Shown: positions 8,193-16,245, counted from the stretch's first letter. The stretch is 16,245 nucleotides of DNA from Nitrososphaeraceae archaeon (GCA_035297365.1 DATGZA010000017.1:1-16245); one strand, 5' to 3'. A program made the numbers and translations. Notes: generated from the sequence alone by a model not told the origin.

Positions 8193-9530
8193 TTGATAAG
8201 AACTTCTGAAGATAATTTCCCCGTATTGGATCTAAAAAGTCAAAAAAAATGGACCGTAAACGGAACATCGAGAACGGTTTCAGTAGAAAAAACTCTCCAG
8301 CAAGTCTCACATCTATCTAAAGAAATCGGTCTTACTAGGTTAGCAGATATCACATACATGGATAAATTATACATACCAAATTATTCATCTGTTCTACCTG
8401 GAACTGAAGATTATATTTGGGTCTATAGTGGCAAAGGTCCAACTAAAGCCCATGCTAAAGCAAGTGCAATAATGGAAAGTATTGAAAGGTATTCATCGTT
8501 ACCAAGTTCCTTTACAAAAAAAATGTTTCGCGGAACATTCAAAGAATTATCCAGTAGTTATAATATTTTACATCCTGAAGAATTAGTAGAACCGTTATCA
8601 TACGATTTTCAAGATACTATGGTGATGGATTATGTTGAAGGATTTGATATAATTAATAAAGAGAATATACTAGTTCCTTCTTCTTTGGCATTATTTAGAT
8701 ATAGCCCTTCATACCCAGCTGTCAATCCCTTTGCGTTTCACCATACGAACGGATTAGCTTCTGGTAACGTATTTGAAGAAGCTGTTTGTCATTCATTGTG
8801 CGAGGTAATTGAAAGAGATGCCATTAGTCTAGCAGAACTAAGATGCAGCGCCATTCCATTTCATTTATTATATAATCTCTCTAATAATTTAAGAAATAAT
8901 GGATTTGATGTTAGGATAATTTCAAAAAATGATTTCATTGATGACTATGGGATCTTCCCAGATGTTGATATTTCTGATGTACATTTTCAACCAATAATGA
9001 ATCTTGTCCAAAGGTTCAAAAAACATGGTATTCGTCTAATCACTAAAAATGTAACATCAGATCTGGAAATTCCAACCTTTAACGTAGCCTGTGTGGAATG
9101 GGTATCTGACAACTATGGATATTTGGCTGAGGGACATGGTACTCATCCTGACAAAAGAATAGCTCTATTGCGAGCTATTACAGAGGTATCTCAAACCAGG
9201 GCAGCAAATATACAAGGAGCAAGGGATGATTTAAGAAAAATAAAATACGGTCAAAATAATTCAGATGATAAATCTTCATGGCAGTTTATGTCGTCTAAAG
9301 ACGTTGTTAGGTTTTCTAAAATCATCACATATCAAAATGATGATATTCTTGATGATATAAATTTAATAACATCTAAATTAAAGAGAGTTGGCCTTAACAA
9401 GGCCATAATAATAGATCTTACTAATAACAAGTTAAAAATTCCTGTGGTTAGGGCAATTGTGCCTGGTTTGGAGACATTTAAATTTACAAAATCGATGATG
9501 GGATGGAGAGCAAGGAGAAATTTTAGATGA
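8193..9530 (+). CDS. ycaO: YcaO-family protein, TfuA-associated thioamide-forming type
   Basis: TRLADITYMDKLYIP, SGKG, SAIMESIER, TNGLASGN, EVIERDA, RAITEVSQTR, IQGARDD and PVVRAIVPGLE cover the YcaO ATP-binding motifs. There is no Pro-rich PxPxP C-terminus of the azoline-forming YcaOs. Confidence 0.93.
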   Translation: MIRTSEDNFPVLDLKSQKKWTVNGTSRTVSVEKTLQQVSHLSKEIGLTRLADITYMDKLYIPNYSSVLPGTEDYIWVYSGKGPTKAHAKASAIMESIERYSSLPSSFTKKMFRGTFKELSSSYNILHPEELVEPLSYDFQDTMVMDYVEGFDIINKENILVPSSLALFRYSPSYPAVNPFAFHHTNGLASGNVFEEAVCHSLCEVIERDAISLAELRCSAIPFHLLYNLSNNLRNNGFDVRIISKNDFIDDYGIFPDVDISDVHFQPIMNLVQRFKKHGIRLITKNVTSDLEIPTFNVACVEWVSDNYGYLAEGHGTHPDKRIALLRAITEVSQTRAANIQGARDDLRKIKYGQNNSDDKSSWQFMSSKDVVRFSKIITYQNDDILDDINLITSKLKRVGLNKAIIIDLTNNKLKIPVVRAIVPGLETFKFTKSMMGWRARRNFR

Positions 9531-10183
9531 GTATTCCTATAGTTTTTTTGGGTCCCAGTCTTTCTATAGAAAAAGCAAGAAAGATAATAAATGCAGAATT
9601 CCTACCACCTGCCAAAAAAGGTGATTTTATTAAATTAAGTTTAATATCAGAAAAAAAGATAATTATTTTAATAGATGGTGTATTCTTACAAGATTATCCT
9701 CCTACTCCCATAGAAGTATTTCAGGTAGTAAATAAAAATAATTTTCAAGTATACGGCGCATCCAGTCTTGGGGCTTTACGAGCAGTTGAATTAGAAAAAT
9801 TTGGAATGAAGGGATATGGACAGGTTTTTGAACTATTCAAGAAGAATATAATAAATTCAGATGACGAGGTAGCAGTGACATTTGATAACTCTTATAACCT
9901 TCTTTCAGAGGCCATGATAGATATAAGATATAATCTATTTCTTGCTTTTAAAAAAGGAATAATTGATAAGGAAACAAAGCAGTTAATTACTAGAACTGCA
10001 AAGAAAATTTATTTTCCGTTTAGGAGTTACGAAAATATAGTTAAGAAATCTATTGAACTCTATTCTGATACAAGGGATACTATAGAAGACTTTCACAATT
10101 TCGTTTCTACTCAAAGACAAAGCCTCAAAGAATTAGATGCAATGGGGATTTTAAAGAAAATAGCCGAGAATCCACAATATTAA
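9527..10183 (+). CDS. tfuA: TfuA-like protein
   Basis: Motifs IVFLGPSL, PPAKKGD, LIDGVF, VYGASSLGALRAVEL, GMKGYG, DDEVAV, SEAMIDIR, AKKIYFPFRSY and LKELDA. ATGA overlap with the ycaO stop. Confidence 0.93.
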   Translation: MSIPIVFLGPSLSIEKARKIINAEFLPPAKKGDFIKLSLISEKKIIILIDGVFLQDYPPTPIEVFQVVNKNNFQVYGASSLGALRAVELEKFGMKGYGQVFELFKKNIINSDDEVAVTFDNSYNLLSEAMIDIRYNLFLAFKKGIIDKETKQLITRTAKKIYFPFRSYENIVKKSIELYSDTRDTIEDFHNFVSTQRQSLKELDAMGILKKIAENPQY

Positions 10184-10277
10184 TAGATTTAAATTATTAA
10201 CACATTTACATCATGTTTTCTTCCATAATGAAATTTTTATAAAGATATTTTAGATTCTTATTCTTAATACAAAGAGT

Positions 10278-10664
10278 ATGAACAGCAAAAATATAGACAG
10301 AATTGTCGAACTAAGAGAGTATTGTAAGAAATTGCTTGAATTATCTTTAAATGTTCGTTATGTGTGTATCACTAACGAATTTGGCAGAACACTTGCTGGC
10401 AAGATGAAATCAGGACTGGTTCCACTATTGAGACCTGAAGAGGCAAGGAATGAATTTTTTCTTCACTCAATGATATTCAATATAAGAAAAAATTATGAGG
10501 ATTCTATTGGACCTACAGAACTTATTCTATTACAGAGCTCCAAGGTAAATATTGTTAGTTTTATGAGGAATGGATTAATCTATTATCTTACAATAGAGAG
10601 AGACATATCTAGCGACGAATTACATGGTATTATTAGAAAAATTCAGGAGAAACTTAAGTTTTAG
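10278..10664 (+). CDS. Thaumarchaeal DUF6659-like (roadblock/profilin-like) small protein
   Basis: CxxLLxL..VRYVCITNEFGRTLAG..K.GL.PLL..EE....F......RKNYEDSIG pattern of this expanded family; TTTATAAA at 10236-10243 upstream. Family assigned by recognition. Confidence 0.7.
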   Translation: MNSKNIDRIVELREYCKKLLELSLNVRYVCITNEFGRTLAGKMKSGLVPLLRPEEARNEFFLHSMIFNIRKNYEDSIGPTELILLQSSKVNIVSFMRNGLIYYLTIERDISSDELHGIIRKIQEKLKF

Positions 10665-10668
10665 CTAG

Positions 10669-11269
10669 TTGAGACGGGATCATAATTATTTTTATTTTAT
10701 TTTCACAAGAAATAATACTATCTCCTGGAGAATGATGTTTTGGTGAAAAACAATCATCCTGACCAACAAACCATCTCAAAATAGATCAACAACTATTCTA
10801 AATAATATTTTCTATTTGGTTGGATTAATTAGGTGGCCAGATAAAAATAACAAAAGACGTGGCAGACCATATATCCATTCTCCAACTGTTATCTTAATTA
10901 AGATGCTTTAAATTAAGTATATGGTTTCGATTAGATTCAAAGCACAGATATGGGATTTTAGTTAGTGCAGAGTATAAAGATATGGAAATTTACCTAATGT
11001 TAGGATCAAACTAGTTCAATTTTGTCAATCTAACATTTTACAGACTATATATTAGATGAGAGGTAATCAAACGAGGCGTAGACAGAACATATACAATCTC
11101 TTTTTAGGATAGACCGTTACCTGTAAGAGGATATGATAGTACTTGTGCATCAGTACTATTGTCAGTTTTGCTATACCAGATACTTGTATATTATAACTGT
11201 AAAACTAAAAAATATAATTCCGGAGCAATCAAACACATGTTAGGGAAATAACTATTGACTACATCTTAA
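10669..11269 (+). mobile_element. Degraded, internally deleted DDE transposase/IS remnant (DDE_Tnp_1-like, family uncertain)
   Basis: Broken plus-strand frames from about 10732 to 11251: IRWPDKNNKRRGRPYIHSPTVIL/RCFKLSIWFRLDS, then directly MGF*LV..YGNLPNVRIKLVQF, EHIQSLFRID and PLPVRGYDSTCASVLLSVLLYQILVYYNCKTKKYNSGAIKHMLGK*. These resemble the N- and C-terminal parts of a Nitrososphaerales transposase I recognise. Possible degenerate terminal inverted repeats at 10669-10684 and 11253-11269. Confidence 0.7.
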
Positions 11270-11397
11270 TATTATTGTTGGCAAAGATAATACTTATTTA
11301 TTGAATATTCAATTATTGTCCACTCTCAAATAGTCATACGTCTTATCTTTGTTAGTATCTTGTGATGAAGGAACCAAAAATAATAGATTTAGTTTTC

Positions 11398-11853
11398 CTA
11401 CGCAAAAGCCTTTAATTTTCCACGCATTTCCTTGTCGTTGGATACAGATGGGTGGTTAGGATCAGCTAAAATTACTTCATACCATGAATGTTTTCCATCT
11501 TTGTAGAGAAAATATGAACCAATTATTTCCATGTTAGGGTACCTTTCATTAACTCTTCTTTCTGCAACTATTCGCATATTCATTGCCTGTTTGATACGTA
11601 CAACACCACTGTGTTTTTGTCTTCTTCCAGCTGTTGGTCTTTGCTTTCTCATTCCACCTCTTCCTACTCTAGTACGAATAACAATAATCCCTTGTTTAGC
11701 TTTGTATCCTAGTCTTCTTGCTCTATCAAGTCTGCTGGGTCTATTAATTCTATGAATAGCAAGTTCTCTTCTCCAGCCAATGGCTCTTGATTTTAAATGT
11801 TCGCTATTGGTTTTCCACATGTTAATCCAAGTTTTAGCTAGATGCTTGTACAT
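11398..11853 (-). CDS. rpl15e: 50S ribosomal protein L15e (eL15)
   Basis: Motifs RPSRLDRARRLGYKAKQG, RVGRGG, AERRV...YPNM, SYFLYKDG and WYEVILADPNHP. Confidence 0.97.
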   Translation of the reverse strand: MYKHLAKTWINMWKTNSEHLKSRAIGWRRELAIHRINRPSRLDRARRLGYKAKQGIIVIRTRVGRGGMRKQRPTAGRRQKHSGVVRIKQAMNMRIVAERRVNERYPNMEIIGSYFLYKDGKHSWYEVILADPNHPSVSNDKEMRGKLKAFA

Positions 11854-11971
11854 TTTATAGTATCAATAAAAATCCTAGAAAAGGTTATTTAAGAATTTGC
11901 TTTATTACGCCTGAAGATTTTGACAAAACAATATTCAAGTTAGATTTCTGCCTATACATTAAACTAACATT

Positions 11972-12457
11972 CTATTCTTTCTGTAAATATACTTGGAATA
12001 TGTATTCTATTTCTACAATGCTATCTAATGGTAAACTTGCAACACCTAACGCGGTTCTTGTGTGTTTACCTTTATCTCCAAATATGTTCACTAGCATTTC
12101 TGATGCCGGGTTTATTACCTTGGGATGATCCGAAAAGTTAGGTGCACAGTTGATAAACGCTGAAACTTTTACTACTCGTCTTACTTTATCCAAGCTTTTT
12201 AACCGGTCCTTAAATATCGAAAGCGAATTAAGAGTGCAAAGCATAGCTGCCTTTTGGCCTTCTTCAAATGTTGCATTTTCACCTATTTTTCCTTTAAATT
12301 TTACATAAGGCGGTTCAGTATTTGTATCAAGAGGAATCTGTCCTGACACAAAAATAAGATCATTAATTTGAACTAGAGGAATATAAGAGCCTGCAGGTTT
12401 AGGTGGAGGAGGAAGTGAAATCCCCAGAACTTTAAGCTTTTCTTCGACTGTGATCAA
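11972..12457 (-). CDS. RidA/YjgF/YER057c/UK114 family protein
   Basis: Motifs LPPPPKPAGSYIP, FVSGQIP, VRRVVKV, FSDHPKVINPASE, FGDKGKHTRTALGVASLP and VEIE. Confidence 0.92.
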   Translation of the reverse strand: MITVEEKLKVLGISLPPPPKPAGSYIPLVQINDLIFVSGQIPLDTNTEPPYVKFKGKIGENATFEEGQKAAMLCTLNSLSIFKDRLKSLDKVRRVVKVSAFINCAPNFSDHPKVINPASEMLVNIFGDKGKHTRTALGVASLPLDSIVEIEYIFQVYLQKE

Positions 12458-12539
12458 TATTGCAATAAAGTTCAGATGTTATTATTAATCTTATTAACTC
12501 AAGATTAGAATTAAATTAATATTTATAATAAGGTTTTTT

Positions 12540-12920
12540 GTGGCAGTGAAATTTGCAGTATCCCTTGGGATAGGGATAGTTTTTGCATTATTGGTATATT
12601 TTGGTCTTATTGATTCTTTAACCAGATCGTCTGTGAATTTTCAAGCAATTTCAAACAGCACAGCTGTATCAATAGTTCTTCAAGAAAATAATCTTTCAAA
12701 AGATGAGATAACCAACACGCAGTCTAAATTTGTTTATCTAAAATCGAATGGTAATTTGTACCTATCAGATAATAAAACCAAAAAAATTGGAAATTTTATG
12801 GGAATTACCTCTCCAACTATTACCACAGGTAACCATTTTGCCTGGGAAATAAAATTAACTCCAATCAATCATACGTATTATGTTGATCATGTTAGTGGTG
12901 ATATAATCTCAAACAACTAA
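12540..12920 (+). CDS. Hypothetical membrane-anchored or exported protein with a PepSY-like C-terminus
   Basis: N-terminal hydrophobic helix FAVSLGIGIVFALLVYFGLI; C-terminal AWEIKL...YYVDHVSGDII. Confidence 0.65.
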   Translation: MAVKFAVSLGIGIVFALLVYFGLIDSLTRSSVNFQAISNSTAVSIVLQENNLSKDEITNTQSKFVYLKSNGNLYLSDNKTKKIGNFMGITSPTITTGNHFAWEIKLTPINHTYYVDHVSGDIISNN

Positions 12921-13007
12921 ATTATTTCTTACATGTAATATATGCTTCATTTCGATGATGATAAATATTAAGTAATAATTATATTTGCATACTATAGGAT
13001 TTTTCAT

Positions 13008-13943
13008 GTGCAATTACAAGGAAATGTATTGATATGTGATCCAATTGATGAAATTGGAATCTCAATTTTGTCAAAAAGAGGTCTTAACGTGATAAATAAA
13101 CCATCCATAACTCCCTCTGAATTACTTGCAGAAGTTAGCAAATATGATATATTAGTTGTAAGAAGCAGGACGAAAATCACGAAAGATGTAATTAAGGCAG
13201 CTACCAATGCAAAGGTTATTGCAAGAGTTGGAGTTGGTTTAGATAATGTTGATATAGATGAAGCCCATCAGAAAAATATCTCGGTAGTGAATTCCCCAGA
13301 ATCTGCAATAAATGCAGTATCTGAATTGGTTATAGGCTTTATGTTATTATTGTCCAGAAATATATTATTAGCAGATAATGAAATGAAAAAAGGTAACTGG
13401 TTAAAAAAAGAATTAAACGGAATTGAATTAAAAGGCAAATATCTTGGAATTATTGGAGTGGGAAATATAGGTAGAAATCTTGGAAGAATAGCCAAAGGTC
13501 TTCGTATGAATTTAATTGGACATGATCTTATTCCAATAAATCCCCAATTTATAAAAGAAGTTGGTATGATAACTACCGATTTACAGACGCTTGTAGAAAG
13601 TTCCGATTTTATTTCATGTCACGTACCCTCCACTCCTGAAACAAAACACATGTTCAATGAGACACTTTTCTCGAAAATGAAACCGTCAGCATTTTTTATC
13701 AACGCTTCACGTGGCGATGTTGTTGATGAAAAATCATTGTATGATGCATTGGTAAATAAGAAGATAGCTGGAGCAGCACTCGATGTATTTGAAAATGAAC
13801 CCCCTACAAATAGTCCATTACTCAACTTACCAAATGTTATCTGTTCTCCTCATATCGGAGCCCAAACAAAAGAGGCACAAGAACTAGGGTCAAATGTGAT
13901 AGCAGAAAAGATAATACACAAATTGCTGGAAAGACAGCAATAA
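13008..13943 (+). CDS. serA: D-isomer-specific 2-hydroxyacid dehydrogenase, probably D-3-phosphoglycerate dehydrogenase (no ACT domain)
   Basis: Motifs VVRSRTK, RVGVGLDNVD, GIIGVGNIG, HVPSTPET, INASRG, GAALDVFENEP and SPHIGAQTKEAQ. Family is certain; substrate is inferred. Confidence 0.85.
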   Translation: MQLQGNVLICDPIDEIGISILSKRGLNVINKPSITPSELLAEVSKYDILVVRSRTKITKDVIKAATNAKVIARVGVGLDNVDIDEAHQKNISVVNSPESAINAVSELVIGFMLLLSRNILLADNEMKKGNWLKKELNGIELKGKYLGIIGVGNIGRNLGRIAKGLRMNLIGHDLIPINPQFIKEVGMITTDLQTLVESSDFISCHVPSTPETKHMFNETLFSKMKPSAFFINASRGDVVDEKSLYDALVNKKIAGAALDVFENEPPTNSPLLNLPNVICSPHIGAQTKEAQELGSNVIAEKIIHKLLERQQ

Positions 13944-13992
13944 TTAATTATCTAATTCGCTCGTTTAATTCAAGCCAACAGGAAACTGTATG

Positions 13993-14086
13993 TGGACCGG
14001 GTGGGATTTGAACCCACGACCACCTACGTTTCCTCTACCTTTAAAGCATGCAAGGCAGATATTCTACCAGGCTAAACTACCGGCCC
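13993..14086 (-). tRNA. tRNA-Ala(TGC) with a 20-nt intron in the anticodon loop
   Basis: Minus strand: GGGCCGG/CCGGTCC acceptor stem with G3-U70 and A73 (Ala identity elements), D arm, anticodon TGC at 14052-14050, T loop TTCAAAT. Removing 20 nt (14030-14049, equivalently 14029-14048) gives stem TCTGC/GTAGG and loop CTTGCAC. CCA is not encoded. Confidence 0.93.
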
Positions 14087-14181
14087 TTTAAAAAACCTTA
14101 TTTTATGATAATTTAAGTGTTTAATTGCTTTTTAATATTTTTCAATATCTTTTAATAGATAAAAGATCTATTTAGATTTTA

Positions 14182-15033
14182 ATGAATAATATCAAATATT
14201 TTGATCCGGAAGTTCTTTGCGAAACAGAATGGGTTGCGAACAATTTGGATAATCCGGAAATAAAGATTTTGGAAGTTGATTATGATGTTGAAAATGCCTA
14301 TAAAAGTGGTCACATTCAAGGTGCACACATGGTTTGGTGGAAAAAAGATATTAATGATCAAACTAGGAGAGATATTATTAATAAAAAGCAATTTGAATCA
14401 TTAATGTCTAGAATAGGAGTTTCTAAGAGTGATACTCTTATCCTATATGGTGATTTTAATAATTGGTTCGCCGCATTCGCTTTTTGGGTATTTCAATATT
14501 ATGGACACAAGAAAATAAAATTGATGAATGGTGGTAGAAAGAAATGGGAATTAGAAAATAGAAATTATACTACTGAAGAACCTTCTGTACAGCCTTCAAA
14601 TTATGTTTCCGATCCTCCGGATGAAGGAATACGCTCATACCTATTTGATGTTAGAAGATCGCTTGAAAAAGTCGAAACAGTGCTTGTTGATGTACGTTCT
14701 CCAAAAGAATTTAATGGCGAAATATCTGCTCCACCAGAGTATCCAATGGAGCATGCTCAAAGAAGCGGTCACATTCCCGGAGCTAAAAACATTCCATGGC
14801 TTCAAGCGGTAAATGATGATGGTACATTCAAGACACCAGATGAACTGAATAAACTTTACCAAGATAAGGGTGTAACTCCTGATAAAGAGGTGATCTGCTA
14901 TTGCAGGATTGGTGAACGCTCGTCACATAGTTGGTTTGTATTGAAATATTTACTTGGATATCCTTCAGTAAGTAACTATGATGGTTCATGGACAGAATGG
15001 GGAAACATGATAGGAAACCCAATAGAAAAATAA
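14182..15033 (+). CDS. Tandem-domain rhodanese / thiosulfate sulfurtransferase (CysA/SseA type)
   Basis: Motifs YKSGHIQGA, LYGDFNNWFAA, LMNGGRKKW, LVDVRSPKEF, GHIPGA, active-site loop YCRIGERS and NYDGSWTEWGN. Confidence 0.95.
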   Translation: MNNIKYFDPEVLCETEWVANNLDNPEIKILEVDYDVENAYKSGHIQGAHMVWWKKDINDQTRRDIINKKQFESLMSRIGVSKSDTLILYGDFNNWFAAFAFWVFQYYGHKKIKLMNGGRKKWELENRNYTTEEPSVQPSNYVSDPPDEGIRSYLFDVRRSLEKVETVLVDVRSPKEFNGEISAPPEYPMEHAQRSGHIPGAKNIPWLQAVNDDGTFKTPDELNKLYQDKGVTPDKEVICYCRIGERSSHSWFVLKYLLGYPSVSNYDGSWTEWGNMIGNPIEK

Positions 15034-15065
15034 GAAATTAATGTTAACTTAAAATAAAAAAGGAA

Positions 15066-15380
15066 TTGTATATGGATGAGAAAAATATAGTCAAAAAGGG
15101 TCAGTTTTATACCATTTTTAAGAAAAAAGATGACGAGATTCTCATTCTGGAAGATAGGACAAAAAGAGGATTGGTACCAAAAGAAATCAAAAAAGATGAG
15201 ATACATTCAGTTGATGTTGAGAACGGGCTCATTTATGACATGGATGGTATTGGACATAAAGTCCCAATTAGATGGTACTTTCCACTGGAAAGATTTCAAA
15301 TAGATTATGTTGTAAATTTCGCGGAAGAACTAGAAAAAAAATATAAAGCAATAAGAGAATTGACCTGTCCTGATGATTGA
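15066..15380 (+). CDS. Hypothetical protein
   Basis: 104-aa ORF 32 nt downstream of the rhodanese on the same strand (ILEDRTKRGL, GLIYDMDGIGHKVPIRWYFP, C-terminal ELTCPDD). The start may be ATG 15072. Confidence 0.75.
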   Translation: MYMDEKNIVKKGQFYTIFKKKDDEILILEDRTKRGLVPKEIKKDEIHSVDVENGLIYDMDGIGHKVPIRWYFPLERFQIDYVVNFAEELEKKYKAIRELTCPDD

Positions 15381-15426
15381 CAAGCGAAACCCTTTTAGGT
15401 TTTTTCGTTTTTAGATATTCTATAAA

Positions 15427-16245
15427 ATGTCTGTCTTATTGAAGGATAGGGTGTGGACAATGCTATCTGATGTGGCAAAAAGAGGTGTTTATCCTACCCA
15501 TAGCTATAGATTGGGACTCTATAGGTTACCCGTTAACTTAACAGATGAGTCTACAATTACTAATATAGCAAACGAAATTAAGAAGAATGGATTTAATATA
15601 GATAGATATGCTGATAGAATCTATGTTAAATATGCTTGGAAAGAAAACGATGTTGACCCTATCTCTGGAAAATCGGTTTCTGTAGATCTTGATATTGTAG
15701 TAGAAATTGTAACCGGAGAGGTAATCGATATAATTTACCAAATCAGACCTATAGAGACATTTGGAGATGTATATTGGATAAAGAATTATCGACAGAAGGC
15801 TGATCATAATGCAAAAATGGTAATAGATACGATCCTACGAAATTCTTCTATTGGTGATAAGTTAATTTCTTATTATCAAAAAACTGAAAAACTATCACTT
15901 GAAAAATCTATAGAAAAATTGAGTGAATTGACTCCTCTGACTATCAATCCAAAAACTAGGAGCGTCAATCCTCCACCTCCACCAGCAGGTGCTTCGGTTT
16001 CTTCTCAGGAAATAGCAACGTCATACACACAACCTTCTATCTCGAATGTTCCTCCAAGCGTGATTTCACCTTCATCAAGAGATGCTAATACTTCAATATC
16101 GCTTACCGGTTCGGGAACCGGTTATTCAAAAGCAGATGGTCCAATAGATACCTCCTTTAAAACCAAACGTACAACAACAGGTAAATTCAAGGGAATAACG
16201 GTCTGGGGACCAGTTGATGCACCAGGACAGTTGGGAATATGGGGA
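15427..16245 (+). CDS. Multidomain protein with a C-terminal Zfx-type ferredoxin (3' end outside the window)
   Basis: Not in the track because there is no stop in the window. Open frame of 273 codons from ATG 15427 (MSVLLKDRVWTMLSDVAKRGVYP...): about 170-aa unknown domain, Pro/Ser-rich linker, then GPIDTSFKTKRTTTGKFKGITVWGPVDAPGQLGIWG, which matches the N-terminal extension of zinc-containing ferredoxins. Confidence 0.85.
   Translation, partial: MSVLLKDRVWTMLSDVAKRGVYPTHSYRLGLYRLPVNLTDESTITNIANEIKKNGFNIDRYADRIYVKYAWKENDVDPISGKSVSVDLDIVVEIVTGEVIDIIYQIRPIETFGDVYWIKNYRQKADHNAKMVIDTILRNSSIGDKLISYYQKTEKLSLEKSIEKLSELTPLTINPKTRSVNPPPPPAGASVSSQEIATSYTQPSISNVPPSVISPSSRDANTSISLTGSGTGYSKADGPIDTSFKTKRTTTGKFKGITVWGPVDAPGQLGIWG

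Noticed and set aside
8193-10183. ycaO-tfuA as evidence of methanogenesis or of an azole-containing RiPP
   Set aside because: No mcr genes are in the window and the context looks thaumarchaeal; there is no PxP C-terminus, E1-like partner or flavin dehydrogenase.
11398-11853. eL15 as truncated, or as the YcaO substrate
   Set aside because: To my knowledge a length near 150 aa is normal for thaumarchaeal eL15. Proximity across an IS relic is the only link to YcaO.
11531-15807. Track ORFs 11531..11755, 13004..13207, 13268..13495, 13619..13825, 14179..14391, 14603..14812, 14641..14862, 14828..15022, 14976..15206 and 15538..15807
   Set aside because: Antisense or alternate-frame overlaps of well-supported genes.

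Overview
AT-rich archaeal chromosomal segment; gene content and protein style point to an ammonia-oxidising archaeon of the Nitrososphaerales (Nitrosocosmicus-like; inferred, not database-checked). The left arm is housekeeping: the end of a ferredoxin gene, coaD, two hypotheticals, trpS, pheS and pheT. The right arm is also mostly core: rpl15e, a RidA-family gene, a serA-like dehydrogenase, an intron-containing tRNA-Ala(TGC), a rhodanese and a long ferredoxin fusion that runs off the window. Between them (about 6.0-11.3 kb) is an accessory zone bounded by two decayed IS elements. It holds a translationally coupled ycaO-tfuA pair (thioamide-forming type). Divergent from ycaO, across a 55-bp spacer with one central TATA element, is a 58-aa ORF missing from the ORF track (7961..8137, minus strand) that resembles a nitrile-hydratase-leader-peptide (NHLP) clan RiPP leader with no core peptide. 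This compact candidate peptide/protein thioamidation system in an apparently non-methanogenic archaeon is the main finding.
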